Assembly (NCBI GenBank): GCA_963841735.1
Contig: CAWJDT010000005.1
Location: 64,001 to 128,000, forward strand
From: an uncultured Actinomycetes bacterium
GTDB lineage: Bacteria > Actinomycetota > Thermoleophilia > RBG-16-64-13
Length of the DNA: 64,000 bases
Direction of reading: 5' to 3'
This document shows, in pieces, positions 19,077 to 30,435 of this stretch. The notes under the pieces are model-generated. The model was given only the letters and a program-made list of their open reading frames with translations. It did not search any database and was not told where the DNA came from. The translations under genes were made by a program, and so were the position numbers. Each line of letters starts with the position of its first letter. The first letter of the stretch is position 1.

Positions 19077-19958
19077 CTACCGCGAAAGAGCGGCCACTAT
19101 GGCCAAAGCTGCCTCGCCGGCCGCCGCCACCGCCCGCTCCATCTGCCAGGCGCCGCGGTCCCTATCGCCCACCAGGTTGCTTATGCCCCGCACCTCCAGA
19201 AACGGCACCCCATACAAGGCACAGATGTGCGCGGCGGCAGCCCCTTCCATGGATTCCGCCAGCGCACCCCAGCGCCCATAGATGGTGTCGGCCTCAGCCT
19301 GCCGGCCGGTGGCCTGGGAAGAGGTGACGCAGGGCCCGGTATGGATCTTGAGCCCCACGCCGGGCCACTCAAGCGCCGTCGTCGCTCCACGAGCGGCCTC
19401 GACCATCAACGGGTCGAGCGGAAAGATGCCGCTGAGCTCCACCCCTGCCACCCGAGCGATGGGGAGCCCCAGGTCGGCAGCGGAGAGCCAGCCCTCAGGG
19501 CTGGAGCTGCCGGTGTCGGAATACGCCTCCTGCGTGGCCAACACGACATCGCCTATCTCGACGACCGCTCCGAGCGCGGTACTATGCGCCGCCCCTCCGG
19601 GAGAGCGAAACGCACCGGCCACGCCCACCTGCACAACCAACGAAGGGCCGGGCTGCATGATCTCCAGGAGACAGGTGAGCATATGGGCGGTGTTGGCCTT
19701 GTCGCATCCCCCGATGGCGAGCGCCGCCGGCACGGTACAGGGGATCCTTTGTCCGCAGGGAGTCACCGCGCGCTCGTCTGGGATCGCGGACGTAGCGTCC
19801 AGTTCGCCAAGAATGACCGTCTTAGTACCAACCTGGATGGAGCGCGCGGCGGCCAAGGCCGCGCGCAACGGCATCGCCTCAGCCTCAGTGGCCGTTAGAA
19901 GCACGACCGACCGGGTGCGGGCGAGTTCGCGCAGCTCGTCGGTGCCCGACGGCCCCAC
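19077..19958 (-). CDS. mqnB: Futalosine hydrolase
   Basis: PNP/UDP fold: GVAGAF, ESMEGAAAAH, EVRGISNLVGDRDR..W; adjacent to mqnD. Confidence 0.88.
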   Translation of the reverse strand: MGPSGTDELRELARTRSVVLLTATEAEAMPLRAALAAARSIQVGTKTVILGELDATSAIPDERAVTPCGQRIPCTVPAALAIGGCDKANTAHMLTCLLEIMQPGPSLVVQVGVAGAFRSPGGAAHSTALGAVVEIGDVVLATQEAYSDTGSSSPEGWLSAADLGLPIARVAGVELSGIFPLDPLMVEAARGATTALEWPGVGLKIHTGPCVTSSQATGRQAEADTIYGRWGALAESMEGAAAAHICALYGVPFLEVRGISNLVGDRDRGAWQMERAVAAAGEAALAIVAALSR

Positions 19959-21448
19959 TAGGCACCTTCCAGCAGAAGAAGGTCGGGATCCTCTAAATAG
20001 CCTATGACCAGATTGAGGAAACGAGCCGCCTCTGCTCCATCGATGAGCTGGTGATCGAAGGTGAGCGACAGGGGCAGAAGCAGGCGGGTCACTACCTTCT
20101 CGGCCCGCACCACGGGCAGCTCCCGCACGCGCCCCATGCCCAGGATGGCCACTTCGGGGTAGTTGGTCACGGGCGTGGCAAACGTCCCGCCCACCGCGCC
20201 GTAGTTGGTGATCGTGAACGTGCCTCCGTGCAGTTCCCGCAGCTCGATCTTGCGCTGCTCGGCCCGGTCGACCAAGTCGACGATCTCGGATGCGATTTCA
20301 AAAATGCTCTTCTGGTCGGCGTCTTTGATGTTCGGTACCACCAGTCCGCTCTTGGTGTCGATCGCTATGCCGATGTTGTAGTAGCGCTTGAGCACGAACT
20401 CGTCGCCGGATTCATCCAGAGTCGCGTTGAGCCGGGGGAAGCGCTGAAGCGCCGCCGTGCAGGCCTTGATCGCGAAGGCCAGATAGGTGAGCCGCACCCC
20501 CCTCTCGGCCGCGACCGTGCGCTCCTTCTCCTTGATGCGCCTGATGATGGTGACGTCGGCCTCGTCCATGGTGGTCACCTGCGCCTGCTTGGCAACCGAC
20601 TCGGCCATATGCCGCGCCATGGTGCGCCGCACTCCCCTGAAGGGCACTCGTTCTACCGGCCCGAACGCGTCGCTGTCCAAGGCGCCGGCCATCAGGGGTA
20701 CGTCGGCCGGCAACGCAGCCCGCTCACCCGCCGCTGCACCCATTGCCGCACCGCCCGCTGCGAGCGCCGGCGCGGCCGCGGCCGCGCCGCCCGGGGCCGG
20801 GATCCCATAGGCCACGGTCTCGGCCACGTCTTGCACGTCTTCCTTGAGGATGCGGCCTCCCGGCCCGGTGCCGCGGATGCCCGTCAGATCGACGCCCAGC
20901 TCCTTCGCGAGCGCCCTGACAGACGGCAGGGCGAGAACGCCGCTCGCGGCCGGCTCGGCGGCGGCTGCCGCGGTGTGCCCGACGCGGGGGCCACGGGCAT
21001 CGCCGCGGCCACGGGCTGAGCGATCGCCTCTGGCTCCTCGGGAGCTTCCTCCAGCCTGCCCACCACCGACCCCGTGTAGGGCTCCTCGGCGGCGAGTTCA
21101 GGCGCCCTGACGGCGGGCGCCGCGGCGGCGGGCAAGGGCGGCGGACGGCGGTTCGGCCACCGGCGGCGCACCGGCCGGGGACGCCGGCGGCGTGGCGGCC
21201 GTTCCCTCAGCGCCTTCCTCAATGGTCACCAGGACGGCGCCTACTTTGACGATGTCGCCCTCGGCCGCATGAAGCTTTGTTACTCGGCCGGCTCGCGGCG
21301 ACGGGAGTTCCACCACCGCCTTGTCGGTCTCCATCTCGGCCAGAGTCTGGTCCTGGGCGACCATATCACCCTCCTTGACCTTCCAGGAAAGAAGCTCTCC
21401 CTCGGCGATCCCTTCACCGATGTCCGGGAACTTGAACTCGTACTCCAC
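19958..21448 (-). CDS. pdhC: 2-oxoacid dehydrogenase E2 acyltransferase (frameshifts near 21135 and 20980)
   Basis: Lipoyl domain ETDKAVVE, PSBD LALPSVRALAKELGVDL..GTGPGGRI, catalytic FDHQLIDG; split over three frames. Confidence 0.85.
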
Positions 21449-21463
21449 GGCACGCTCCTTCGG

Positions 21464-22445
21464 TCAGAACCCAAGGGTGGTCTTGACGGCCTCGACAACC
21501 GAGTCCACGTCCGGCTGATAATAGTCCTCCAGCTTGGCCAGCGGGGGAACAGTGTCGAAACCGGTGACGCGCAGCACCGGCGCCTGCAGATGCAGCACCG
21601 CCCGCTCCATGATCTGTGCCGAGATCTCGGCCCCGAAGCCGCCGCTACGCGGGGCTTCGTGCACTATCACCGCCCGGCCGGTCTTGGCCACGCTGGCTAT
21701 CACGGTCTCGAAGTCGAACGGCGCCAGGCTGCGGACGTCGATGATCTCCACGTCGGCCGCTCCCTCCGCCTCCAACCGCTGCGCCGCCTCCTTGAGCGTG
21801 CGCACGTGCGCCCCCCAGGCGAGCACGGTCACATCGCGTCCTTCGCGCACCACCCGGGCTCTTCCCAGAGGGCAACGTATACGGCTCCTCGGGCACGTCG
21901 GCCTTGATGGCCCGGTATATGCGGGCCGGTTCCAAGAAGATCACCGGGTCCGGATCGCGCACCGCGGAGGCCAGAAGCCCCTTGGCTTCGTAGGGATCGG
22001 CGGGGATGACCACCTTGAGGCCGGGAACGTGGGCGAACACGGCCTCCATGCTCTCCGAGTGATGCTCCAGCGCCCGGATGCCTCCCCCGTAGGGCGTCCT
22101 CACCACCAGCGGCACCGTGAACTCGCCGCGGCTCCTGTTGCGCATCCGAGAGGCGTGGCACACCAATTGGTCGTAGGCGGGATAGGCGAAGCCCGCGAAC
22201 TGGATCTCGGCTACGGGCCGGTAGCCTGCGATGGCCATGCCGATGGCCATGCCCACGATGCCCGACTCGGCCAGAGGGGTGTCGATGACCCGGTCTTCGC
22301 CGAAGCGCTGCACCAGCCCATCGGTCACCCGGAAGACTCCCCCGTCGCGGCCCACGTCCTCGCCCAGCACGACGACCTTGGGGTCCAGTTGCATCTCCTG
22401 CTGAAGCGCCTGATCGATGGCCTCCACCATGTTCAGCCGGGCCAT
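21464..22445 (-). CDS. pdhB: 2-oxoacid dehydrogenase E1 beta (frameshift near 21868)
   Basis: [34 protein letters not shown]; continues in a second frame [19 protein letters not shown]. Confidence 0.88.
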
Positions 22446-22447
22446 GG

Positions 22448-23528
22448 TCACCGCCTCCTTGCCAGGCGGGCCGTCAGCTCAGCCTGCTGCTCGACCAGTT
22501 GCGGGGTCATCTCGGCGAAGACGTGCTTGAACATCTCTTCCGGTCCCGGCGGAGGCGATGGCCTCGAAGGCAGTCACGGCAGCGGCCGCTTTGGCATCGG
22601 CTTCCTCGATCACCCGGGCTGCGCCGGCGTCGTCCAGGAGTCCCTTGGCCCGCAGGTAGCGCCCCAGCCGCTCGATGGGATCCCGCTGTCGCCAAGGCTC
22701 CACTTCGTCCTCAGCCCGGTAGCGCCGGGAGTCGTCGGAGGTGGTGTGGTCCATCACCCGATAGGTCAGAGCCTCGATGAGGGTGGGCTCCTGCCCGGTG
22801 CGAGCCCGTTCCAGAGCCTCCTTGGTCACCCGATATACGGCGAACACGTCGTTGCCGTCCACCTGCACGCCGAACATGCCGTAGGCAAGCGCCTTCTGCG
22901 CGACCGTGGGAGCCGCGGTCTGCTTGCTGTATGGGAGCGAGATGGCGTACTGGTTGTTCTGGCAGAAGAAGACCACCGGCAGCTTGAACACCGCGGCCAT
23001 GTTCATGGCCTCGCTGAAATCGCCCTCCGAAGTCGCCCCTTCCCCGAAAAAGGTGAGGGCCGCCACCTCTTCCCCCGCCTGCTTCATGGCCCAGGCTATG
23101 CCCACCGCATGCAGCATGTGCGTGCCCACGGGGATCGCCACCGGCAGCGTGCGCAGCTCCCGGGGAAAGGCCGCCCCCCGTTCGTCTCCTCCCCAGTACT
23201 GCAGCAGCTGTTCCAGGGGGATGCCCCGCAAGATGAGGGCGCCCATCTCTCGAAAGGCGGGAACCAGCCAATCGTCCGGCCGCAGAGCGAAAGCCGCCCC
23301 CACGTGCGCCGCCTCCTGGCCCGTCACCCGCCCGAAGGTACCCATACGACCCTGGCGCTGGAGCTTGAACATGCGCTCGTCGAACTGCCGGGTTAGCACC
23401 ATGTGCCCGTAGAGACTCAGCATCTCTTCAGGAGAAAGGGCGGGCATGAGGGCCTCGTCCACTTGCCCCTCTTGGTCCATGACCTCCACGCGGTCTATGC
23501 CGTACGAAACGAGAGAGCGGATCGGCAC
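22448..23528 (-). CDS. pdhA: 2-oxoacid dehydrogenase E1 alpha (frameshift near 22557)
   Basis: GTG 23528 with AGGAGG; LQRQGR, GQEA, TPP motif GEGATSEGD...NNQYAIS, HTTSDD; corrected C-terminus [15 protein letters not shown] ends at 22448. Confidence 0.88.
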
Positions 23529-23542
23529 CGGCGGTCCTCCTC

Positions 23543-24649
23543 TTAGCTCATCACCACTACTGCTGCTCCCCTGATGTGCCCCTTGCGTAAACTCTCCAGC
23601 GCTTCGCCGGCCTGCTCTAGGGCGAACGGCTCCACCTCTGTGCGCACCGGTACCCGCGGAGCCAAGGCCAAGAACTCCAGCCCATCCTGCCTGGTGAGAT
23701 TGGCCACGGAGCGCACCGTCCGCTCCCCCCACAGGATCTCGTACGGAAACGAAGGGATGTCGCTCATGTGGATGCCGCCGCACACCACTACTCCGCCCTT
23801 GGCCACCGCCCGAAGCGCCACCGGCACAAGTTCGCCAGCCGGCGCGAAGATGAGAGCCGCGTCAAGTTCTTCCGGAGCGGCTGTGGCCGTGTCCCCCGCC
23901 CATTCGGCCCCCATCTCCCGGGCAAACTCCTGCGAGGTGACATCACCGGGACGCGTAAAGGCGAACACCCTGCGGCCTTGGTGGCGGGCCACCTGCGTCA
24001 CGATGTGAGCAGCGGCGCCAAAGCCGTAGATGCCCAAGCGCTCCGCCTCTCCGGTCATTCTCAGCGAACGGTAGCCGATGAGCCCCGCGCATAGCAGCGG
24101 CGCCGCCTGCAGGGGTGGGTATCCCGCGGGGATGGAAAAGCAGAAACGGGCGTCGGCCACCGCGTATTCGGCAAAGCCGCCGTCGAGATCGTACCCGGTG
24201 AACTTGGCCTGGTCGCAGAGGTTTTCGCGGCCACTGAGGCAGTATCTGCAGCACCCGCAGGTGTAGCCCAACCAGGGGATGCCCACCCGCGCACCCAACG
24301 CGGGCGCCCCCAGCCACCCGCCGAGTGCCGGCGCGCGACTCGGCGCCGGCGCTTCGCCGGGCTCGGAAGCGGTCGCCCCAGCCGCGCCGGCACTCGGCGC
24401 CGCGTTCACCGGCGCCACCTGCTCCAGCTCTGCCGCGGCCCCCACCGCGTCGACGATCCCTACTATCTGATGACCGGGAATGAGCGGCAACTTGGGGTGA
24501 GGCAACTCTCCATCGAGCACGTGCAGGTCGGTGCGGCAGATGCCGCAGGCTTCCACCTTGATACGCACCTGCCCCGCCCCAGGCCGGGGCACGGGGACTT
24601 CCGTCGGTCGCAACGGCCACCTAGGCGCCTCAAGGATCATGGCCCTCAT
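23543..24649 (-). CDS. Zinc-dependent alcohol dehydrogenase (AdhP-like) with an in-frame insertion
   Basis: CGICRTDLH, PGHQIVG, CGCCRYC..C, PLLCAG, YGFGAAAH; GGAGG RBS before ATG 24649. Confidence 0.92.
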   Translation of the reverse strand: MRAMILEAPRWPLRPTEVPVPRPGAGQVRIKVEACGICRTDLHVLDGELPHPKLPLIPGHQIVGIVDAVGAAAELEQVAPVNAAPSAGAAGATASEPGEAPAPSRAPALGGWLGAPALGARVGIPWLGYTCGCCRYCLSGRENLCDQAKFTGYDLDGGFAEYAVADARFCFSIPAGYPPLQAAPLLCAGLIGYRSLRMTGEAERLGIYGFGAAAHIVTQVARHQGRRVFAFTRPGDVTSQEFAREMGAEWAGDTATAAPEELDAALIFAPAGELVPVALRAVAKGGVVVCGGIHMSDIPSFPYEILWGERTVRSVANLTRQDGLEFLALAPRVPVRTEVEPFALEQAGEALESLRKGHIRGAAVVVMS

Positions 24650-24832
24650 AGGTACCTCCCCCGTCTGCATAACGCACCACCGGCCGGGCCGCGCGCAGCT
24701 TGCTCTTCGGACGCGCGCGGCGCCCTACACCTCGCGCGGCCGCCGGACTGCCGGCCCACCGCAGCCTCGCCGTCACCCGAGCCGCGCGGCGCGGAGCCCG
24801 CGCCTCAGCGACTCTCATGCGCCGGTGCCGCC

Positions 24833-26237
24833 CTACTTCTTGCCGGAAGGCCCTCCCAATTCGATGACCTGGCCTTTGGCGGGCACCATCACACTGAAGT
24901 GCAACTTCTCCTCCAGGAGTTTCTGCAGCGCCAACGAAGCCGCGGGCTCGCCGTGAGTGACGATTGTCAGCCGCGGCGGCTTGAAGTGCGAAGCCCACTC
25001 CATGAGCTGGGCCTGGTCGGCGTGGGCCGACAGTCCGGTGACGTCGTGCACCTGCGCCTTTACCGCGATGTCCTCACCGAAGATGCGCACGTTGGTGGCG
25101 CCCTCGAGCAGACGACGGCCGAGAGTGCCTTGCGCCTGGAAGCCCGCGATCACCACGTGGGCCTCCGGTCGCCACAGGTTGTGCTTCAGGTGATGGCGGA
25201 TCCTCCCGGCGTCGGCCATGCCACTCGCCGAGATGATCACCACCCCCTTCTTGCCGTTCAGCGCCTTGGACTCCTCCGCGCTGGCGGTGTAGTGCAGCTG
25301 TGAGATAGTCGAAGATGCCGCCGGGCTCATGTACGACCTTCCGCGCTTCCTCGTCGAAAGCCTCCGGATGGCGCCTGTAGACCTCGGTAGCCCGCGAGGC
25401 CAAAGGGCTATCCACGTAGATGGGCATGTCCAGGCCCTGCTTGTCGAGGATGTCCCGCAGGAAGTAGAGGATCTCTTGCGTCCTCCCCACTGCAAAGGCC
25501 GGGATGATGACGTTGCCCCCGGTGCGCTTGGCCTCCTCGAGTATGGCCGCCAGTTGCTGTTCGGGATCCCCGCTCCGCTCGTGCAGCCGGTCGCCGTACG
25601 TGGACTCCATGACCAGATAGTCGGTCTCGACGATGACTTCGGGGTCGCGGATGATGGGCTGATGCGGCTGGCCCACGTCGCCGCTGAAGAGCACCTTGAC
25701 CTTCTCCCCGTTCTCTTCCAGATCCAATGCGAGAAAGGCGGAGCCAAGGATGTGCCCGGCGTCGTGGAAGGTCACCGTCACGCCGGGAGCGAGCTGAGTC
25801 GGCTTCGCGTACTCGACGGGCTTGAGCAGAGCAATCGCGCGGCGCGCATCGTCCTGGTCGTACAGCGGCTCCGCCGCCGGCCGGCCCGCGCGCTGTGCCT
25901 TCCGGGTCTGCCACTCGGCCTCCATCTCCTGGATGTACGCCGAGTCGAGCAGCATGATCTCCGCCAAGTCGCAGGTGGCCGGAGTGCTGTAGATGGGATT
26001 CTTGAAACCCTGTTTCACCAGGCGGGGAAGCCTGCCCGAGTGGTCGATGTGTGCGTGAGTGACCAGCACGAAGTCCAGCGACTGGGGGTCGAAAGGAAAC
26101 GGCTCGAAGTTCTGGGCGAACTCCTTGTCGCCCCCCTGGTGCATGCCGCAATCCACCAGGAACCGGGTCTCCCCGACCTCGACCACATAGCAGGATCCCG
26201 TCACCTCACGCGCCGCCCCACATACCTGAATGAACAT
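24833..26237 (-). CDS. Beta-CASP metallo-beta-lactamase, RNA-metabolising family (frameshift near 25300)
   Basis: GAAREVTGSC, THAHIDH, AGHILG, ESTYG, FAVGRTQE; then SASGM..GRIRHHL, SAHADQ, HGE. Confidence 0.9.
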
Positions 26238-26455
26238 CCGACCTCCTCAGACCCGATGACCGGCAGGGAACAGACGCTCCGCGGCCGACCCTCATTCGCT
26301 TGGCTATACTCTCTCACAGAGCGCCGGGGGGCGTCCGGAAATCGGAGACCAGACCTGTCGTGGTATCCTAAATGTGTTTGGCTTTTAGTCCCCGACTCGT
26401 TGGGGCTATTCATTGTCGGCAACTGTTCGTAAATCGGTAGTCTCGGAGGACCAAA

Positions 26456-28414
26456 GTGGCAAACGAATCCCTTGAAGGAAAGATTTTTGACGTTCCGGCC
26501 GAGTTCAGGGAAACCGCCTGGGTCTCGAGCATGGATCAGTATCAGGAGATGTACCGGCGCTCGCTGGACGACTCCGACGCGTTCTGGGCCGAACAAGCCG
26601 AGAAGAGACTCCACTGGTACAAGAAGTGGGACAGGGTCCAGAACCATGATTTCGCCAACGCCAAGATCCGTTGGTTTGAGGGCGGCAAGCTCAACGTGTC
26701 GTACAACTGCCTTGACCGGCACTTGGACACCCCCGCTGCCGACAAGGTAGCCTACTACTTTGAGGGCGACTCCCCCGAGTCGACCCGCGTCATCACCTAC
26801 AGGCAGTTGTGGGAAGAAGTCACCAAGTTCGCCAACGTTCTCAAGAAGAAGGGCGTCAAAAAGGGCGACCGGGTAATGATCTACCTGCCCATGATCCCTG
26901 AGCTTCCTGTTGCTATGCTCGCCTGCGCCCGCATCGGCGCCGTCCACTGCGTGGTTTTCGGTGGCTTCTCCGCCGACGCTCTGCGTGACCGCGCGGTCAA
27001 CGCCGACGCCAGCGTCATGATCACCGCCGACACAGGTCTGCGCGGCGGTCGCCCGACCCCGCTCAAAACCGCTGCCGACGCCGCCATGGCCGAGAGCCCC
27101 TCTGTGAAGAACTGCATCGTGGTCAAACACACCGGCACGGAGATCCCCTGGACTGAGGGTCGCGACACCTGGTACCACGAAGAACTGGCTGCTCCGGGCA
27201 TCACCACCGATTGCCCCTGCGAAGAGATGGACGCCGAAGATCCGCTGTTCATCCTCTACACTTCCGGCTCCACGGGCAAGCCCAAGGGCGTTATGCACAC
27301 CACTGGTGGCTATCTGCTCTACGGCGCCATGACCCATGAGCTCATCTTCGACTACAAGCCCGAACAGGTCTACTGGTGCACAGCCGACATCGGCTGGGTC
27401 ACGGGCCACACCTACATCGTCTACGGCCCGCTGGCCAACGCTGCCACCAGCGTCCTCTTCGAGGGCATCCCCAGCTACCCCAGCCCCGACCGCTTCTGGG
27501 CCGTTTGCGAGAAGTACAAGGTCAACATCTTCTACACCGCTCCTACCGCTCTGCGTGCCGTGGCCCGCGAAGGTGACGAGTGGGTCAAGAAGCACGACCT
27601 GTCCGACCTGCGCATCCTGGGCACCGTGGGCGAGCCCATCAACCCCGAAGTCTGGCTGTGGTATCACGACCTCATCGGCGGCGGCCGCTGCCCGATCGTG
27701 GACACCTACTGGCAGACCGAGACCGGTGGTTTCCTCATCACCCCGTTCCCCGGCGCTATGAAGATCAAGCCGGGCTCCGCGACTCTCCCCTTCTTCGGCG
27801 TCGAGCCTGTGCTCGTCGACGAGAACGGCGAAGAGATCACCGGACCTGGTGTGGGCAACCTCTGCATACGCCGCCCGTGGCCCGGCATGATGCGCGGCGT
27901 CTACGGCGAAGCAGAGCGCTTCAAAGACACCTACTTCGTCCAGTACCCCGGCCTGTACTTCACCGGTGACGGCTGCCGGCGCGACGAGGACGGATATCAC
28001 TGGATCACCGGCCGCGTGGACGACGTCATCAACGTCTCCGGGCACCGCATGGGTACCGCCGAGGTCGAATCGGCTCTCGTCAGCCACGCCTCTGTCGCAG
28101 AGGCTGCCGTAGTAGGTATGCCCCACCCCATCAAGGGCCAGGGCATCTACGCCTACGTCACCCTCAACGTAGGCGTCGAGCCCTCGGACGAGCTGAAGAA
28201 AGAACTGGTCAAGCACGTACGCTCGGAGATCGGCCCCATCGCCACTCCGGACGTCATCCAGTGGGCCGTCGGTCTGCCGAAGACCCGCTCGGGCAAGATC
28301 ATGCGCCGCATCCTCAAGAAGATCGCCGCCAACGAGATCGGTGACTTGGGCGACACCTCCACCCTTGCCGACCCGTCGGTGGTGGAGAACCTGGTGGACA
28401 ACCGCCAGAAGTAA
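26456..28414 (+). CDS. acs: AMP-forming acetyl-CoA synthetase
   Basis: [52 protein letters not shown]. Confidence 0.97.
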   Translation: MANESLEGKIFDVPAEFRETAWVSSMDQYQEMYRRSLDDSDAFWAEQAEKRLHWYKKWDRVQNHDFANAKIRWFEGGKLNVSYNCLDRHLDTPAADKVAYYFEGDSPESTRVITYRQLWEEVTKFANVLKKKGVKKGDRVMIYLPMIPELPVAMLACARIGAVHCVVFGGFSADALRDRAVNADASVMITADTGLRGGRPTPLKTAADAAMAESPSVKNCIVVKHTGTEIPWTEGRDTWYHEELAAPGITTDCPCEEMDAEDPLFILYTSGSTGKPKGVMHTTGGYLLYGAMTHELIFDYKPEQVYWCTADIGWVTGHTYIVYGPLANAATSVLFEGIPSYPSPDRFWAVCEKYKVNIFYTAPTALRAVAREGDEWVKKHDLSDLRILGTVGEPINPEVWLWYHDLIGGGRCPIVDTYWQTETGGFLITPFPGAMKIKPGSATLPFFGVEPVLVDENGEEITGPGVGNLCIRRPWPGMMRGVYGEAERFKDTYFVQYPGLYFTGDGCRRDEDGYHWITGRVDDVINVSGHRMGTAEVESALVSHASVAEAAVVGMPHPIKGQGIYAYVTLNVGVEPSDELKKELVKHVRSEIGPIATPDVIQWAVGLPKTRSGKIMRRILKKIAANEIGDLGDTSTLADPSVVENLVDNRQK

Positions 28415-28441
28415 CTAGCGCTGAGCTAGACGCTTCGAACG

Positions 28442-28471
28442 AAGGGGCGGCCGCAAGGCCGCCCCTTTTTT
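28442..28471 (+). terminator. Intrinsic terminator of acs
   Basis: AAGGGGCGGCC-GCAA-GGCCGCCCCTT followed by a T tract. Confidence 0.9.
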
Positions 28472-28484
28472 GTTGCCGAAGCCC

Positions 28485-28800
28485 CTACGCGTATATGTAG
28501 GCGTGAATGGTCAGTTGCCGGAGCTCCCTGCCATAATCGCCGGAGAGCGCTACAAATCCAGAAGTCACGTCGAAGACACATGTCTTTAGTTCCTTGGTGG
28601 TTCCCCCGTACTGAGACTCCACAAGCGCCCCCAAGTGGCCTGGCCCGTTTCCCACGCGGAAATCGCCGTAGGCCCCACCAAACCCGAGCACCACGCCAAG
28701 CAGGAGCCGGAACCACCACCCTCCGCCCAGACGAGCCAACGCCGCCACTAAACGGGAACGCCCCGCTGCCACCGTGGAGTCATCCGACCCGCGCACCCAT
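28485..28800 (-). CDS. Possible small membrane-anchored hypothetical protein
   Basis: 103-aa ORF with one hydrophobic segment (WWFRLLLGVVLGFGG) filling the acs-MFS gap; nearby ATG 28800 is one base out of frame. Confidence 0.3.
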
Positions 28801-28875
28801 GAGTACAGCCCCCTATCAGTCTGTCACTGTTGGGCTCCGGCCCACACGACCGCGCCTTAACCTCTGAGTCGCTCC

Positions 28876-30435
28876 TTAGGGCGTCTCGTTGCGAACGGCC
28901 AGGGGCTTCTCTTTGATGAACATCATCAGCACGAACCCGACGGCCATCAGCGGCACGAGGTAGAGATAGACCGGCGCCAGCGCGTCGGCGTATGAGGACA
29001 CGATGACGGCCTTCAGTTGTTCCGGCATCTGAGCGACCACCTCCGGAGTAAGGGCGCGCACGTTCACCGGTCCGCTAAGGCCCGTCTCCACAGAGGCAAG
29101 CCTCTGGATCAACAGGTCCATGAGACGGCTGGTAAAGAGACTGCCGACGACGGCCGAGCCCAGCGACGACCCGATCTGGCGCAAGAAGCTGTAGGCGCCG
29201 GTGGCGGTGCCGACCTCCGTGATGGGAAACGAGTTCTGCACGATGACGATGAGAATCTGAAACCCGATTCCGCTGCCAACGCCGCAGACGAACAGGTAGA
29301 AGCAGATTGTCCAGAGGGAAGTGCCGGACGTCATTGTCGAGAGCAGGAATAGGCTCAAAGTGATGAGCAGCCCGCTCGTCGCCGGCATCCACCTGTACCG
29401 CCCGGTCCTGGTCGCTATGGCCCCCGAACCCAGCGACGCCGTGACAATGCCCATCGCTAGAGGTACCACCAGCAGACCCGCCTTGGTCGCGCTCAGGCCG
29501 CTGACCATCTGCAGGTAGCTGGGCACGTAGATCACGACACCAATGAAGGCTACGGAGCTCAGAAGGCCTCCAATGGTGGCCAGGTTGAAGTTGCGGTCAC
29601 GGAACAGATGCAGCGGGATGATGGGCTCGGCCGCCTTGCTCTCCACCAGAACCAGCATCGCGCTGCCAACGACGGCCAAGCCAATGAGACCGAGGATGAC
29701 GGGCGACCCCCAGGCGTACTGAGCCCCTCCCCACGAGATCACCAGGATGATGGCGGTGGTGGCGATTGCCATCACAGCCATCCCCAAGATGTCGAGCCTG
29801 GGTCGGCCGGTCCTCCGCACAGGCGTCTTCAGAAACACAGAGGCGGCAACCACGGCGAGCATGGCGAGGGGTAGATTGAACCAGAAGGCCCACCGCCACC
29901 CGATGGTGTCGGCAAACCAACCCCCGAGGATCGGGCCCAGCACGGACGCGAACGCCCAAGCCCCGCCCAAGACGCCCATGTAGATGCCCCGTTGCCGTGG
30001 CGGGACGACGTCGGCGATGATCGCCTGCGAGAGGACCATCAACCCGCCTCCGCCGAGCCCCTGTACTGCGCGCGCTGCGATGAGCACCGGCATGTTGCCT
30101 GCGAGCCCACCCAGCACCGAGCCCGCCAAGAATAGGGCAAGGGAGCTCAAGAACAGCACCTTGTGCCCGATGAGGTCACCCAGCTTGCCGTAGACCGGCA
30201 TGATGATGGTGGAGGCCAGAATGTAGGCGGTAGTCACCCACAGCATCTGGTCTAGACCGTGGAGGTCGCCCACAATCGTGGGCAGCGCGGTGGCGAAAAT
30301 GGTCTGGTCGAGGGCCGAAAGCAGGGTTGCCACGAAGAGCGCCACGACCACGAAGGCCAAGTCTCGCTTGTCTAAAGCCCCTGGTCGTCCGTCGCGTTGT
30401 TGCCTATCGCTCACTGCCACCTCTGATGTCGTCAC
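28876..30435 (-). CDS. DHA2 (EmrB/QacA-like) 14-TM MFS transporter
   Basis: LDQTIFATALPTI, YGKLGDLIG, RAVQGLGGGG, WRWAFWFNLP, EPIIPLHLF. Confidence 0.93.
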   Translation of the reverse strand: MTTSEVAVSDRQQRDGRPGALDKRDLAFVVVALFVATLLSALDQTIFATALPTIVGDLHGLDQMLWVTTAYILASTIIMPVYGKLGDLIGHKVLFLSSLALFLAGSVLGGLAGNMPVLIAARAVQGLGGGGLMVLSQAIIADVVPPRQRGIYMGVLGGAWAFASVLGPILGGWFADTIGWRWAFWFNLPLAMLAVVAASVFLKTPVRRTGRPRLDILGMAVMAIATTAIILVISWGGAQYAWGSPVILGLIGLAVVGSAMLVLVESKAAEPIIPLHLFRDRNFNLATIGGLLSSVAFIGVVIYVPSYLQMVSGLSATKAGLLVVPLAMGIVTASLGSGAIATRTGRYRWMPATSGLLITLSLFLLSTMTSGTSLWTICFYLFVCGVGSGIGFQILIVIVQNSFPITEVGTATGAYSFLRQIGSSLGSAVVGSLFTSRLMDLLIQRLASVETGLSGPVNVRALTPEVVAQMPEQLKAVIVSSYADALAPVYLYLVPLMAVGFVLMMFIKEKPLAVRNETP

